From a virus (lineage: Duplodnaviria > Caudoviricetes), in IMG/VR virus record IMGVR_UViG_3300033067_001777, positions 1 to 52,687 of that record: DNA of 52,687 nucleotides; one strand, 5' to 3'. The position numbers and the translations under genes were made by a program. This document shows positions 1 to 8,849 of the stretch, one piece after another; position 1 is the stretch's first letter, and every line of letters begins with the position of its first letter. The notes under the pieces are model-generated. The model worked only from the letters and a program-made list of their open reading frames with translations, did not search any database and was not told the origin of the DNA.

Positions 1-81
1 ATGACCATCACCAACGAGGCAGTCCTAGCGATTCAGTCGCTCCGCAGGCCGAGACGTAAACGCAAGTCAGAGAACGCATAG
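1..81 (+). CDS. 3' end of a cassette ORF (probably partial) terminating inside an attC site
   Basis: Frame MTITNEAVLAIQSLRRPRRKRKSENA* ends at TAG 79-81 within the attC arm, matching the pattern of the other cassette genes. Confidence 0.5.
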   Translation: MTITNEAVLAIQSLRRPRRKRKSENA

Positions 82-165
82 CTCTGCCATGACTGCCCGC
101 CCCATAGCTCCGCCCTCGCTACCGACTCCCGCCGGGCAGTCATTGGCAGCAGCGTCTTGTTCCCA
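69..165 (-). mobile_element. attC: attC recombination site (97 bp)
   Basis: AGAGAAC-GCATA-GCT-CTGCCA-TGACTGCCC ... GGGCAGTCA-T-TGGCAG-C-AGC-GTCTT-GTTCCCA: AAC/GTT boxes, unpaired 5-nt spacers, two extrahelical bases 6 nt apart. Confidence 0.88.
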
Positions 166-1003
166 CTCTTCGTGGCCTGTTGTGGTCTCATTTGGGGGCG
201 GGACGAATAGCGCCGCAATGCTGATCGAGATGGCGCGCCGTGGCGTGGTGCCTGACCTCATCACGTTCGCGGACACGGGCGGCGAACTGCCAGAAACGAT
301 TCAGTTCGTGGCGGACTTTTCGCAATGGTTGGTCGCTCATGGAATGCCGCCAGTCGTGACGGTAAGCGATGGCCGCAGGACACTGGAAAGCGAAGTGCGC
401 GAAGCGGGAACGCTGCCGTCTCTGGTCTTCGGCTTCCGGTCGTGCTCCGATAAATACAAAGTCCGCCCGCAGGAGCGATACCTGAAGCAATGGCAGCCTG
501 CACTGGACGCATGGGCAGCGGGTGGAAAGGTCGTGAAACTCATCGGCTACGACGCCGGAGAAAAGCACCGCGTGAAGGACTTCGATGATGCCCGCTTCAT
601 GGTCGCCTATCCGCTCGTCGAATGGAACTGGCGGCGGGCGCAATGCGTGGACGTGGTGGAAGCCGCAGGCTTCCGGCCTGCCAAGTCCGCCTGCTTCTTC
701 TGTCCGGCCTCCAAGCGCGGCGAAGTGCTCGCCCTCGCCAAGACTCACCCGGATCTGTTCGCTCGGGCCGTAGCGATGGAGCGCGGCGCGAGTGCGGCAA
801 CCACGGTCAAAGGTCTAGGTCGCAACTGGCGATGGGAAGACCTCGTGAAAGCTGACGATGCGCAAATGAAACTGTTCGATGAACTCCCCGACGCCGTTCC
901 GTGTGGCTGCTACGATGGCGGCTCCGGTGATTGGGGGAACGCTTTGCATGAGCTACCGCCGCCGTGTGGCTCCGAATGCAACCAAGACGCTACCGGCGGT
1001 TAG
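89..1003 (+). CDS. PAPS-reductase-like (PP-loop, Cys-rich) protein carried as an integron cassette
   Basis: VVSFGGGTNS PP-loop, FADTGGELPET, RSCSDKYK, KSACFFCP, PCGCYDG; both termini are encoded by attC arms. Confidence 0.8.
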   Translation: MTARPIAPPSLPTPAGQSLAAASCSHSSWPVVVSFGGGTNSAAMLIEMARRGVVPDLITFADTGGELPETIQFVADFSQWLVAHGMPPVVTVSDGRRTLESEVREAGTLPSLVFGFRSCSDKYKVRPQERYLKQWQPALDAWAAGGKVVKLIGYDAGEKHRVKDFDDARFMVAYPLVEWNWRRAQCVDVVEAAGFRPAKSACFFCPASKRGEVLALAKTHPDLFARAVAMERGASAATTVKGLGRNWRWEDLVKADDAQMKLFDELPDAVPCGCYDGGSGDWGNALHELPPPCGSECNQDATGG

Positions 1004-1022
1004 CTCCATGCAATTGTTCACC
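934..1022 (-). mobile_element. attC: attC recombination site (89 bp)
   Basis: GGGGAAC-GCTTTG-CAT-GAGCTA-CCGCCG ... CGGCGG-T-TAGCTC-C-ATG-CAATT-GTTCACC; same geometry as 69-165. Confidence 0.88.
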
Positions 1023-1036
1023 ATCCGTTACACGCT

Positions 1037-1351
1037 ATGAAAACAGAAGAAGCCCACCTCCAAGCAGCCCAAGTGCTGAAACAAGATAGCATTCTGCGCA
1101 CCCGTCTCGAACGAGTGAGATCGCGAATGCAAATACACATCGCAGACGTGAAGCGCGAGATCGACAGCCTCAGCGAAGCCCTGACCGTGGAATACACGGG
1201 TCACGTTGCGCTGCTCAAGCAGACTCACGAAGGCTGGACATGCCTCGCATGTGTGGACTCGTGCAACCTGCCGCCCGATGTGCCGGAAGACTTCGACCTC
1301 TGCCTACCAATCCCGAAACCGGAGACGATGCCCGAATGGGAAGGATGGTGA
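1037..1351 (+). CDS. hypothetical protein (first, attI-proximal cassette)
   Basis: 104-aa ORF bounded by GTTCACC (1016-1022) and its exact reverse complement GGTGAAC (1347-1353); coiled-coil-like N-terminus and CxxC. Confidence 0.7.
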   Translation: MKTEEAHLQAAQVLKQDSILRTRLERVRSRMQIHIADVKREIDSLSEALTVEYTGHVALLKQTHEGWTCLACVDSCNLPPDVPEDFDLCLPIPKPETMPEWEGW

Positions 1352-1373
1352 ACAGTTCTTCCACGAAATGAAC
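1347..1373 (-). mobile_element. attI: putative attI site (crossover G|TTCACC on minus strand)
   Basis: GGTGAAC closes the first cassette but has no attC hairpin behind it; it lies 14 bp before the intI ATG. Extent beyond the core box is a guess. Confidence 0.65.
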
Positions 1374-2360
1374 ACCGCCGTAACAGCAAAATCTCCGCAA
1401 AAAGCGAAATCGAGGCGGTTGCGCGATGAGTTTGCGGACTGGATGAGGATGAAGAATTTCAGGCCGAACACGATTCGAGACTATGTGTCGGACGTGTTGG
1501 ATTTTGTTCTATTCCACGGAAAGCGAGATCCGCGTGAGATGGGTGCGGCGGAGGTTCAGCAGTTTCTCACGATGCTGGCGGTGCAGCGGGATGTTGCCTG
1601 GAAGACGCAGAATCAGAATCTTTGCGCTCTGGTGAAGTTTTATGACTATTTCCTCCAGCGTCCGCTGGGCGACATCGGGAAGTTTGTGGCGTCCTCCCGC
1701 CCGGCGAAGCTACCAGTTGTGTTTTCGGTGGAGGAGGTGAAACGGGTGCTGGGTGCCATGCGCGGGGCCACAAAATTGGCGGCGATGCTGCAATATGGTT
1801 GCGGGCTGCGTGTGGGCGAGGTGGTGCGGTTACGGGTGAAGGATTTGGATTTCTCGCGCGGCGTGGTGGCGGTGATAGAAGGCAAGGGTGGTGGATGCAG
1901 GCAGGTGCCGTTACCTGAGTCCGTGCGTGGGCCGATGACGGAGCATCTGGCGCGGTTGAAACTGCATTTTGATCAGGATGGTGGGTGGCTGGTTTCGCTG
2001 CCAAACTGCTACGGTGTCAAGAATCCGGGAGCGGAGAGAGAGTGGCACTGGCAGTATGTTTTTGCGGCGCGTGATCTGGCGATTGATCCAAAGGATAACC
2101 GGCTGAAACGATACCATATCTTTGAAAAGACAGTGCAGCACGCGGTGAAGCTGGCGCTAGGCGTGGTGGGTGTGACCAAGAAGGCGAGCACTCACACGTT
2201 CAGGCATTCGTTTGCCACACATTTGCTGGAGGCTGGCACGCCGATTTACGATGTGCAAAAGCTCCTGGGGCATAAGCGCATCGAGACGACGATGATTTAC
2301 AATCACGTCGCATCTCCGGCCGAGAAGAGAATCAAGAGTCCATTGGACGCGTTCGCGTGA
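1368..2360 (+). CDS. intI: integron integrase (IntI-family tyrosine recombinase)
   Basis: N-terminal FHGKRDPREMGAAEVQQFLTMLAVQRDVAWKTQNQ; catalytic GLR, GKG, HTFRHSFATHLL, LLGH, TMIY; IntI-specific insertion VSLPNCYGVKNPGAEREWHWQYVF; C-terminal SPLD. Start taken at ATG 1368. Confidence 0.93.
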   Translation: MNTAVTAKSPQKAKSRRLRDEFADWMRMKNFRPNTIRDYVSDVLDFVLFHGKRDPREMGAAEVQQFLTMLAVQRDVAWKTQNQNLCALVKFYDYFLQRPLGDIGKFVASSRPAKLPVVFSVEEVKRVLGAMRGATKLAAMLQYGCGLRVGEVVRLRVKDLDFSRGVVAVIEGKGGGCRQVPLPESVRGPMTEHLARLKLHFDQDGGWLVSLPNCYGVKNPGAEREWHWQYVFAARDLAIDPKDNRLKRYHIFEKTVQHAVKLALGVVGVTKKASTHTFRHSFATHLLEAGTPIYDVQKLLGHKRIETTMIYNHVASPAEKRIKSPLDAFA

Positions 2361-2662
2361 TGGGACAGCTCAGGGACATTCGCGAAGGGGAGGCCAAGTT
2401 CCGGTTCTGGAACGAAAAGCCGTTTGATCCAGTGGAGGCGGCGGCGCAAGGAGACCGGGCGCACTACAATCGCGTGCTGGGTCGTGTGCTGATGCCGGAC
2501 AGTTATTTTCCGCTCGGGACTCAGCACAGGGAGAAGACGATGCGCAATGTGCCGGTAAAGTATTACCGCTGGCTGCTTGCGCAGCCATGGTTCGCGACCA
2601 GTGATGGGTGGGCACCGGTGAGGGACTATCTGGAGAGGTTTCCGGTGTCGGAATTACCGTGA
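2357..2662 (+). CDS. hypothetical protein, DUF3820-like small domain
   Basis: FPLGTQHREKTMRNVPVKYYRWL resembles the MPFGKHKG..VP..YL.W motif; overlaps the intI stop (GTGA). Confidence 0.5.
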   Translation: MMGQLRDIREGEAKFRFWNEKPFDPVEAAAQGDRAHYNRVLGRVLMPDSYFPLGTQHREKTMRNVPVKYYRWLLAQPWFATSDGWAPVRDYLERFPVSELP

Positions 2663-2854
2663 ATTTGTGGGTCTGGAGGGGTCGCGCGTACGTGTGCGTG
2701 AGGATCGGATCTCGACGCAAGAAAACGGAATTGAGTCAAACGAACTGAGTTTTCCGGGCATGTGATGTCCGCGACTGGCAACGGTCGCGGAATTTTTGTG
2801 CCATGGAAAAATAAGTGTTGCCATTTCCAGCGCGAGAGTTCATAAATCAGACAA

Positions 2855-4057
2855 ATGTCTGAGGTATTGACCCAGCCAGCGGCGGTGACAGAAGCGACGA
2901 CGGAGGTTTTGACCCCGGCGGCGATCAGCGTGCCACCCGCACCCACGACGGCCTCCGGCACCCAGCCGGCGGATGGAGCCACAACTCCAACCCAACCGAT
3001 TGCAACGCCGTCATCGGCGGGCGCGAAGACGGGTTTGACTGTGGGGGAAATCAAGACGCAAGATCATCTCGACGAATTTGTCCGGGCGATTGAGGCGGGC
3101 ACGGTGAAGGATTTGGCGTTGGAACCAGCGCCAGCGCCCGCAGCTCAGGCGGTGGAACCGCCGGTCACACAAGAAGCGGGCGCGGACGCCATTGATGAGC
3201 CAGCGCCTGCTGCTGAGCGGCTGGACGAGCCGTTGTTTCCGGGTGACAAGCCCAACCACCGGAAGGTGCCAACCAAAGACGATCCTCTGGCTTTTGAAGC
3301 CCTGCGGATTTTTACGGAGAGGAAGCTCTCCGGCAAGCCGATCACGCTGACCGAGGCTGAAGCCCTCGGCAGGCAGGTGCTTGGCTTGGAGGCGTCCGCG
3401 CCGACATCAGCACCCGAGGCGCTGACACAGCCACCTGAAACGGAACAGCCGCCAAGCGAGAAGCTGCCAGCAAGCAGCACCGAAACCATCGCGGAGATGA
3501 AACGTCTGACGGCAGAGCGTAACAAGCTTGCCAACGGCTTCCGCTGGGATGAAGCGAATGAGATCGATCAAAAACTGATCGATCTCGCCGAGCACCGCGA
3601 CAATTTGCGCAACGAAGAGAGCCGCCGCCGGGACGAATCATCGAGCTACACTTCGGACTGGAACAAGGCCGCCACGGCTGAGGCCAGCCGTCTGCAAGCG
3701 CAGGGCGCTGGCAATCCAAAGTCTGCGCTGGAGATCGTAGCCGCTGCCGTGCAGTTTGAAATGGTTGAATCGAGCGATCCTCGTTTGCGGAATCCGTTGG
3801 AAGCGCCGCGTCTCATTTATCAGGAGGCGCTTACCCGTCTCGGTCACAAGTCCGCCGCGCCCTCAAATGCGCAGCCGGACGCCATTTCCCCTGCCCCCAC
3901 AGTCCAACCCGCCCCGCACCGCGCGCTGTCACCAGCGCAGGCATTGCTAGCCAGCACATCGAGTGCCGGCGCACCACCCGGTCAGGCGAAGATGGACTTG
4001 AGTACGATCAAGAACGGCCACGATCTCGACCAGCTTATCGCTGCGATGAAATTGTGA
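2855..4057 (+). CDS. probable capsid scaffolding protein
   Basis: Ala/Pro/Glu-rich with coiled-coil, immediately upstream of the major capsid gene. Confidence 0.6.
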   Translation: MSEVLTQPAAVTEATTEVLTPAAISVPPAPTTASGTQPADGATTPTQPIATPSSAGAKTGLTVGEIKTQDHLDEFVRAIEAGTVKDLALEPAPAPAAQAVEPPVTQEAGADAIDEPAPAAERLDEPLFPGDKPNHRKVPTKDDPLAFEALRIFTERKLSGKPITLTEAEALGRQVLGLEASAPTSAPEALTQPPETEQPPSEKLPASSTETIAEMKRLTAERNKLANGFRWDEANEIDQKLIDLAEHRDNLRNEESRRRDESSSYTSDWNKAATAEASRLQAQGAGNPKSALEIVAAAVQFEMVESSDPRLRNPLEAPRLIYQEALTRLGHKSAAPSNAQPDAISPAPTVQPAPHRALSPAQALLASTSSAGAPPGQAKMDLSTIKNGHDLDQLIAAMKL

Positions 4058-4149
4058 AGCTGGATTGATCTCTTGAGCCGCCAAGCCACGGCCAAAAACC
4101 AAACAACTCACCCTCGGGCGCGGGCAATTCGTTGCGCCTATCCGCTTTT

Positions 4150-5640
4150 ATGGCTTTTGAAATTCTTTCCCCGAATACAGGGGCGACTCTGGCAGCACAA
4201 ATCGACCCGGCAGAACTGTGGGCACGCGCCGTTCTCGTGTCCGAGGGCGACGAAGATCCCTTCATGGATCTTGAAGGAGGGTCTGACAGTATCATCGAAA
4301 CGAAAACCGAGACTGCCGCCGGCGCTGGTAGCACGATCAATTTCCGCGTCTCCGCTGACTTCGGCGACGAAGGCATGATCGGCGACGAACTCCATGAGGA
4401 GTCCGACGATTACGAGGCCATGAAATTTGGCCAGTTTCAGCTCACTGTTGACTGGCTGCGCCACGCCACCCGCTGGACGAAGCGCGGTGTGGAGAGCATG
4501 GGCCTGCTCAATGAGATCGTCGATCAGGTGCCGCAGAAGCTCGGTCGCTGGCTCGGTGTGCAGAAAAGCCACCGTTTGCAGATGACCTATCTGCATAAAA
4601 CCACGGCGGACAACCAGTTCTACACGGCCGCCAATGAGGACGCGATCACGATGTCGAACTGCCTGACCTATGATGAGATCATCAAGGGTGGCGCGATTCT
4701 TCAGCCGCTCGGTGGCTCGCCTGCGCGTCTGGGCAAGGATACCGAAGGGAATTCCATCTGGGGTGCTTCGGTCATCGCCACGAACAATGCGACGTACGGG
4801 CTGAAGAAAGATTCCGTCTATCGGCAGAATCTCCAGAACGGAGCCGTGAAAGGCATGAGCAATCTGCTCTGGTCGGGTGGTCTCGCCAACATCGACGGCC
4901 ATTACATTCGTGAATACACGCCTAAACGTGGCGACATCGAGGGTGCCGTCGGCTCCCCGATGAATCCGCAGGCGTTGCTCGGTGTTGCGATCACGGCGGC
5001 GACAACGACGTTTGACATCAAGGGCGGGCGCAACCCCACGAGTGCGGCGAAGACGAAAAAGAAGTACTTCAAGTTTTTCCCCAAGAACGCCTATCGCTTC
5101 ATCACGAGCGATACGCTTTCCACCACCAGCAAGGTGTGCTGGAATCTGCGTCCTCTGGGCGCGGATGGCTCGACCGCGAACGTGTTTTACGTGCGCATCA
5201 CCAATCCGCCGAATGCGGCGACCGATCCCGGCAAGTGGGGCATGTATGAGATCAGCGCGAACGACGGCAACAAATTGACGGTCAGCGCGCGCCTCGGGCC
5301 GACGAGCAACAGCGGCATTCGCTACACCACGCTCGGCGCGGTGACGTATTCCGCCGGCACTCACACCACGGAGCACGCGGCGGGTTCGCTCATCACGCTG
5401 TGCAACAACCGTGGCGTGCCGCTTGGCGCGACTCTCTTCCTCTACCGCCAGTCGGCGTATCGTGGCTACGGCTCGGTGCGCAACGAGCGCACACAGGATC
5501 AGAATGACGGTGGGTTCGTTCAGAACCGCTACATCGCCAGCGTCTTCGGGCAGTGCGTGCGCAAGGATGCGGATGGAAACATGCCGGCGGTGGCGGTCAT
5601 CAAGCACGCCATTCACTACCCAGGTATCATTGATGCGTAA
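4150..5640 (+). CDS. major capsid protein (N4-gp56/DUF4043-like)
   Basis: AGSTINF...GDELHEESDDYEAMKFGQFQLTVDWLRHA resembles the N4-like MCP N-terminus; strong codon bias; followed by hairpins. Confidence 0.75.
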   Translation: MAFEILSPNTGATLAAQIDPAELWARAVLVSEGDEDPFMDLEGGSDSIIETKTETAAGAGSTINFRVSADFGDEGMIGDELHEESDDYEAMKFGQFQLTVDWLRHATRWTKRGVESMGLLNEIVDQVPQKLGRWLGVQKSHRLQMTYLHKTTADNQFYTAANEDAITMSNCLTYDEIIKGGAILQPLGGSPARLGKDTEGNSIWGASVIATNNATYGLKKDSVYRQNLQNGAVKGMSNLLWSGGLANIDGHYIREYTPKRGDIEGAVGSPMNPQALLGVAITAATTTFDIKGGRNPTSAAKTKKKYFKFFPKNAYRFITSDTLSTTSKVCWNLRPLGADGSTANVFYVRITNPPNAATDPGKWGMYEISANDGNKLTVSARLGPTSNSGIRYTTLGAVTYSAGTHTTEHAAGSLITLCNNRGVPLGATLFLYRQSAYRGYGSVRNERTQDQNDGGFVQNRYIASVFGQCVRKDADGNMPAVAVIKHAIHYPGIIDA

Positions 5641-5684
5641 GCCTTTGGTGCGCTGAGTTTTTTCCTTTTGCTCAGCGCGCCATG

Positions 5685-5719
5685 CCCGGTCCGGAGATTT
5701 TCTCCGGGCCGGGATTTAA
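5685..5719 (+). terminator. stem-loop / probable terminator after the capsid gene
   Basis: CCCGGTCCGGAGA-TTT-TCTCCGGGCCGGG then ATTT; a second hairpin GCGCTGAG...CTCAGCGC lies just upstream; weak U-tract. Confidence 0.45.
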
Positions 5720-5748
5720 AAGGACAGAACCCAAAAAAAGGAACCAAC

Positions 5749-6102
5749 ATGATCAAGGCCATCATTTACCTGCCTGACCAGAGCCGCTACACGCCGCGCG
5801 TGGATTCGTTCATGCGCGCCGAGGAGTTCGGCGCACGGCTCGTGTGGCAGGCTCGGGCGCTGAGCGTCGATGAATTCAACCGCGAATTTCCAGCCATCGT
5901 AAAAGACTCACGGCTTAAATGGGGCGTCGAGCCCTGTGTTGAGCTGGTTGAGGATGCAGAGGTTTCCGCGCAGGAGTTGCCGACGCCACGCAAGAGAGGC
6001 CGGCCCCAAAAAGCCCTGAAGCCCGTGGCTGAGATCAAGAAATCCGCTGAGCCGGTCAAGGCTCCAAAAACAAGGCCGGAGGCCCATGTCATCGCTGCCT
6101 GA
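5749..6102 (+). CDS. hypothetical protein
   Basis: ATG after AAGGA; AT-hook-like RKRGRP near the C-terminus. Confidence 0.6.
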   Translation: MIKAIIYLPDQSRYTPRVDSFMRAEEFGARLVWQARALSVDEFNREFPAIVKDSRLKWGVEPCVELVEDAEVSAQELPTPRKRGRPQKALKPVAEIKKSAEPVKAPKTRPEAHVIAA

Positions 6103-6113
6103 AATCTTCAAGA

Positions 6114-6968
6114 ATGATCGTCGAACCCTCCATCCGACCAGATTTGATGAAACGGCACGCGATGCTGCGGCAGCGTGCGGATGATTTCATTGGTCAGGGT
6201 GCGGCGGCGATGCTCACGGGTAGAGACGGCGTGGTGGTGATGGCTCGGAGCGAGTTGCTTTCCGGCTCGGTTTCCACCAGTGAAATGCCGGTCACGAATC
6301 CCATCTCTCAATTGTTTGAGTCGGCGTTGTCGGATGAAACGCTGAAGGCTGGCATCGCCCGTATGACACTTGAGGAGGAATTGGATCAGGATGCCAATCC
6401 ACCCGTGTTGCACGAGCGGTTCGATGGTCAGGTGGCGTATGTCAATGGGGCAGGTGTCGGACTCAATCCTCGGCCCTTCTCCGCCGGGTTTATGGGAGGT
6501 GGAGATTGGTATGTGCCAGGCGGACTGGTCAGGTTTTCGCGCTATCGTTACGATGGGCCGACGTTCGTTGGCGAAGATCCACAAGTGGAGTTTCCAGTCG
6601 AGGACGCGGTGATCCGACATTTCCATCAGGGGTGGATCGTGGCTCTCATCAGGGGCCACATGGTCGCAGGCGGCAAGGATTCGTACATGCACATCGAATC
6701 GATGCAGATCGTGCAGGCCGACCACGGTTTCCAAACTGACTACTCGTTCATTCTCGATGGATTCAATCAGGCCACCGAAAGCATTTCGTACGCGATGCTG
6801 CCGCTCGCGTACGTCATCTCTCCCAACGTCATCGGCAACAAGTCGCCCATCGTCTATGACGAGGCTCGCTACGGTGATCCAACAATTCACACTCCGTTTT
6901 TTACATCAACCCGGCTGCTGCTGTTTCGTCCGCAGCAGCACTGCTTCAAACCCGCCGGCTATCCATGA
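6114..6968 (+). CDS. hypothetical virion protein
   Basis: 284-aa ORF in a tightly packed late operon. Confidence 0.55.
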   Translation: MIVEPSIRPDLMKRHAMLRQRADDFIGQGAAAMLTGRDGVVVMARSELLSGSVSTSEMPVTNPISQLFESALSDETLKAGIARMTLEEELDQDANPPVLHERFDGQVAYVNGAGVGLNPRPFSAGFMGGGDWYVPGGLVRFSRYRYDGPTFVGEDPQVEFPVEDAVIRHFHQGWIVALIRGHMVAGGKDSYMHIESMQIVQADHGFQTDYSFILDGFNQATESISYAMLPLAYVISPNVIGNKSPIVYDEARYGDPTIHTPFFTSTRLLLFRPQQHCFKPAGYP

Positions 6969-7477
6969 CGACAAACACTCTCAGTTTGCGCGAGAAGGTG
7001 GTTGCCGATGGGCTGCTGGATCAGGAATTCCGCGAGGAGCAGGCAGGCCGGCAGGTTCTCATGGGGCCGATCATGCCCGGCATCTTCCGAGAATTGGGCA
7101 GCGTGAAGCTGAGCCTTTCTGGTGCCGAGGTGCAGCAGAACCTCGTGAACGATCATTTCGTGCCTGCAAAGTTGCTGCCTGGCGGAAAGACGGGGTGTAA
7201 GATTTGGCTGCGGGTCGATACTTCCTACCAACTTACGGGCGTTCCGGGTTATCGCACGGGAGGCAGTCTCGCGAGTATCAGCACCGAGTACAGTGCCCGT
7301 CCGGTGGACGCCGAAGATCCGCCGGCCACTGACGAGCCGGCGAAAAATTCCACGCATTATCTGGTCGCCATCGTGCGGCCTCCGCAATCCGAAGAGGAAG
7401 CGAAAGTCGCGTTCAACGGTCTGTTTGTCGAGCAACGACTGCTCGGCCCAATCTTTTATTCACCCCTTGGTCTCTAA
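6965..7477 (+). CDS. hypothetical virion protein
   Basis: ATGA overlap with the upstream gene. Confidence 0.55.
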   Translation: MTTNTLSLREKVVADGLLDQEFREEQAGRQVLMGPIMPGIFRELGSVKLSLSGAEVQQNLVNDHFVPAKLLPGGKTGCKIWLRVDTSYQLTGVPGYRTGGSLASISTEYSARPVDAEDPPATDEPAKNSTHYLVAIVRPPQSEEEAKVAFNGLFVEQRLLGPIFYSPLGL

Positions 7478-7479
7478 TC

Positions 7480-8844
7480 ATGAGTGCTCTATCCAATTCT
7501 TCCGAAAAATCTCTGCTCGATTGGTCTTTTGGTTCTGCGACATGGTCTGGCAAGCCGACGGTGTTGTATTTTGGACTTCTCACCAGCGCGCCATCGGACA
7601 CAGGTGGTGGCACGGAAGTCAGCGCCGGTGGTTATGCGCGTTCCTCGCTGGCTGTGGGCATCACAAATTTCAACCGTCTTCTCGTCCAGGGCGGCAGCAT
7701 GACGAATAAGGTGCCAGTCGCCTTTCCTCGCGCGACGGCAAATTGGGGCACCATCACGCATGTGGCGGTCTATGACGCCAGCAGCGGAGGAAATCTGGTC
7801 TGGTGGCAGCCGTTGTCGTCATCGAAGACGATCAATGAGGACGATACCTTCACATGGGCAGCCGGCGAGCTGTCGTGGAGCTTGTCGGGAAGCTTCGGCG
7901 GATTGCTCTCACTCGCGGCGCTGAATTACATGTTTTGCAATTTGAGTGCGCCATCGTGGAGTTCGATCTACTACATCGGTCTCGGCACCGGATCGAGTGG
8001 CGCGGCTCTCACGGGGGAAGCCAATGGTGGTGGCTACACTCGTCTCGGCATCAATAACATCGGCTCGTTCTCGACGGCGGATGCGCTGGGCAGTCCGCAG
8101 AAAACCAATGCGGTCGATTTCAATTTCGCGGCAGCTTCGACCGATTGGAATGGCGGGCCGTTCACGAATTTCGCCATCTCGCTGGATGCGCGCAAAAGCA
8201 GCGCCATCAATGGCTACTGGATCAATGGTCACGGCAGTTTCCCGAACTGGATTCAAACTGCTGCCGCGCATGGACTGGCAGTCAATGACAAGGTGAGGTT
8301 CCATGGGACAGCTTCGACGGGAGGACTCGTTCCGGGCAATCTCACGGCTGACACGGTTGATTATTACGTGAAATCGGTGCCCACGAGCACGACGATCATC
8401 GTTGCGCTCACCATTGGCGGTGCGGCTGTTGCGCTGGACGCCACTGTATCTGCTTCGCGAGGTCAGGTCGAAAAGATCGTGAGCCCGACCACATGCACGG
8501 CGGCGACGAATGATATTTGGACGAGCGCCAGTCATGGGCTCATGGATGGCGATACTGTCCGCCTCTACAACACGACGCCGGCAAATTTGCCGACGGTTGG
8601 AGGCACGGCACTCGACATAGCCACGGACTATTTCGTGATCAATGCGACCGTGTCCACTTTCCAACTGGCTGCCACCGCTGGCGGCCCGGTTCTCGACATC
8701 GACGGTGCTGGCACGGTCCCGCACTATGTCATTCGCCAGAACGATCACATCATTTGGCATGGCGAAACCGGTGGATCTCTCGTGGTTCTCAACACCAACC
8801 AGCCTGGTTGGACTCAGGGAAAACTCGGACTTTCGGTTGACTGA
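7480..8844 (+). CDS. tail fibre / structural protein with duplicated modules
   Basis: N-terminal LYFGLLTSAPSDTGGGTEVSAGGYAR...FPRATANWGTITHVAVYDASSGGNL module with a second divergent copy; two HGLxxxDxVR...DY[YF]V repeats. Confidence 0.7.
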   Translation: MSALSNSSEKSLLDWSFGSATWSGKPTVLYFGLLTSAPSDTGGGTEVSAGGYARSSLAVGITNFNRLLVQGGSMTNKVPVAFPRATANWGTITHVAVYDASSGGNLVWWQPLSSSKTINEDDTFTWAAGELSWSLSGSFGGLLSLAALNYMFCNLSAPSWSSIYYIGLGTGSSGAALTGEANGGGYTRLGINNIGSFSTADALGSPQKTNAVDFNFAAASTDWNGGPFTNFAISLDARKSSAINGYWINGHGSFPNWIQTAAAHGLAVNDKVRFHGTASTGGLVPGNLTADTVDYYVKSVPTSTTIIVALTIGGAAVALDATVSASRGQVEKIVSPTTCTAATNDIWTSASHGLMDGDTVRLYNTTPANLPTVGGTALDIATDYFVINATVSTFQLAATAGGPVLDIDGAGTVPHYVIRQNDHIIWHGETGGSLVVLNTNQPGWTQGKLGLSVD

Positions 8845-8849
8845 CTCTC

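Noticed and set aside
1206-1367. N-terminal extension of intI in the ORF track
   Set aside because: Overlaps the first cassette ORF and attI; the IntI-like sequence begins after ATG 1368
2663-2854. Packaging (pac/cos) site or late promoter
   Set aside because: Plausible by position, but no diagnostic motif could be supported
4138-5616. 492-aa antisense ORF to the capsid gene
   Set aside because: Shadow of GC-biased codon usage; no motifs
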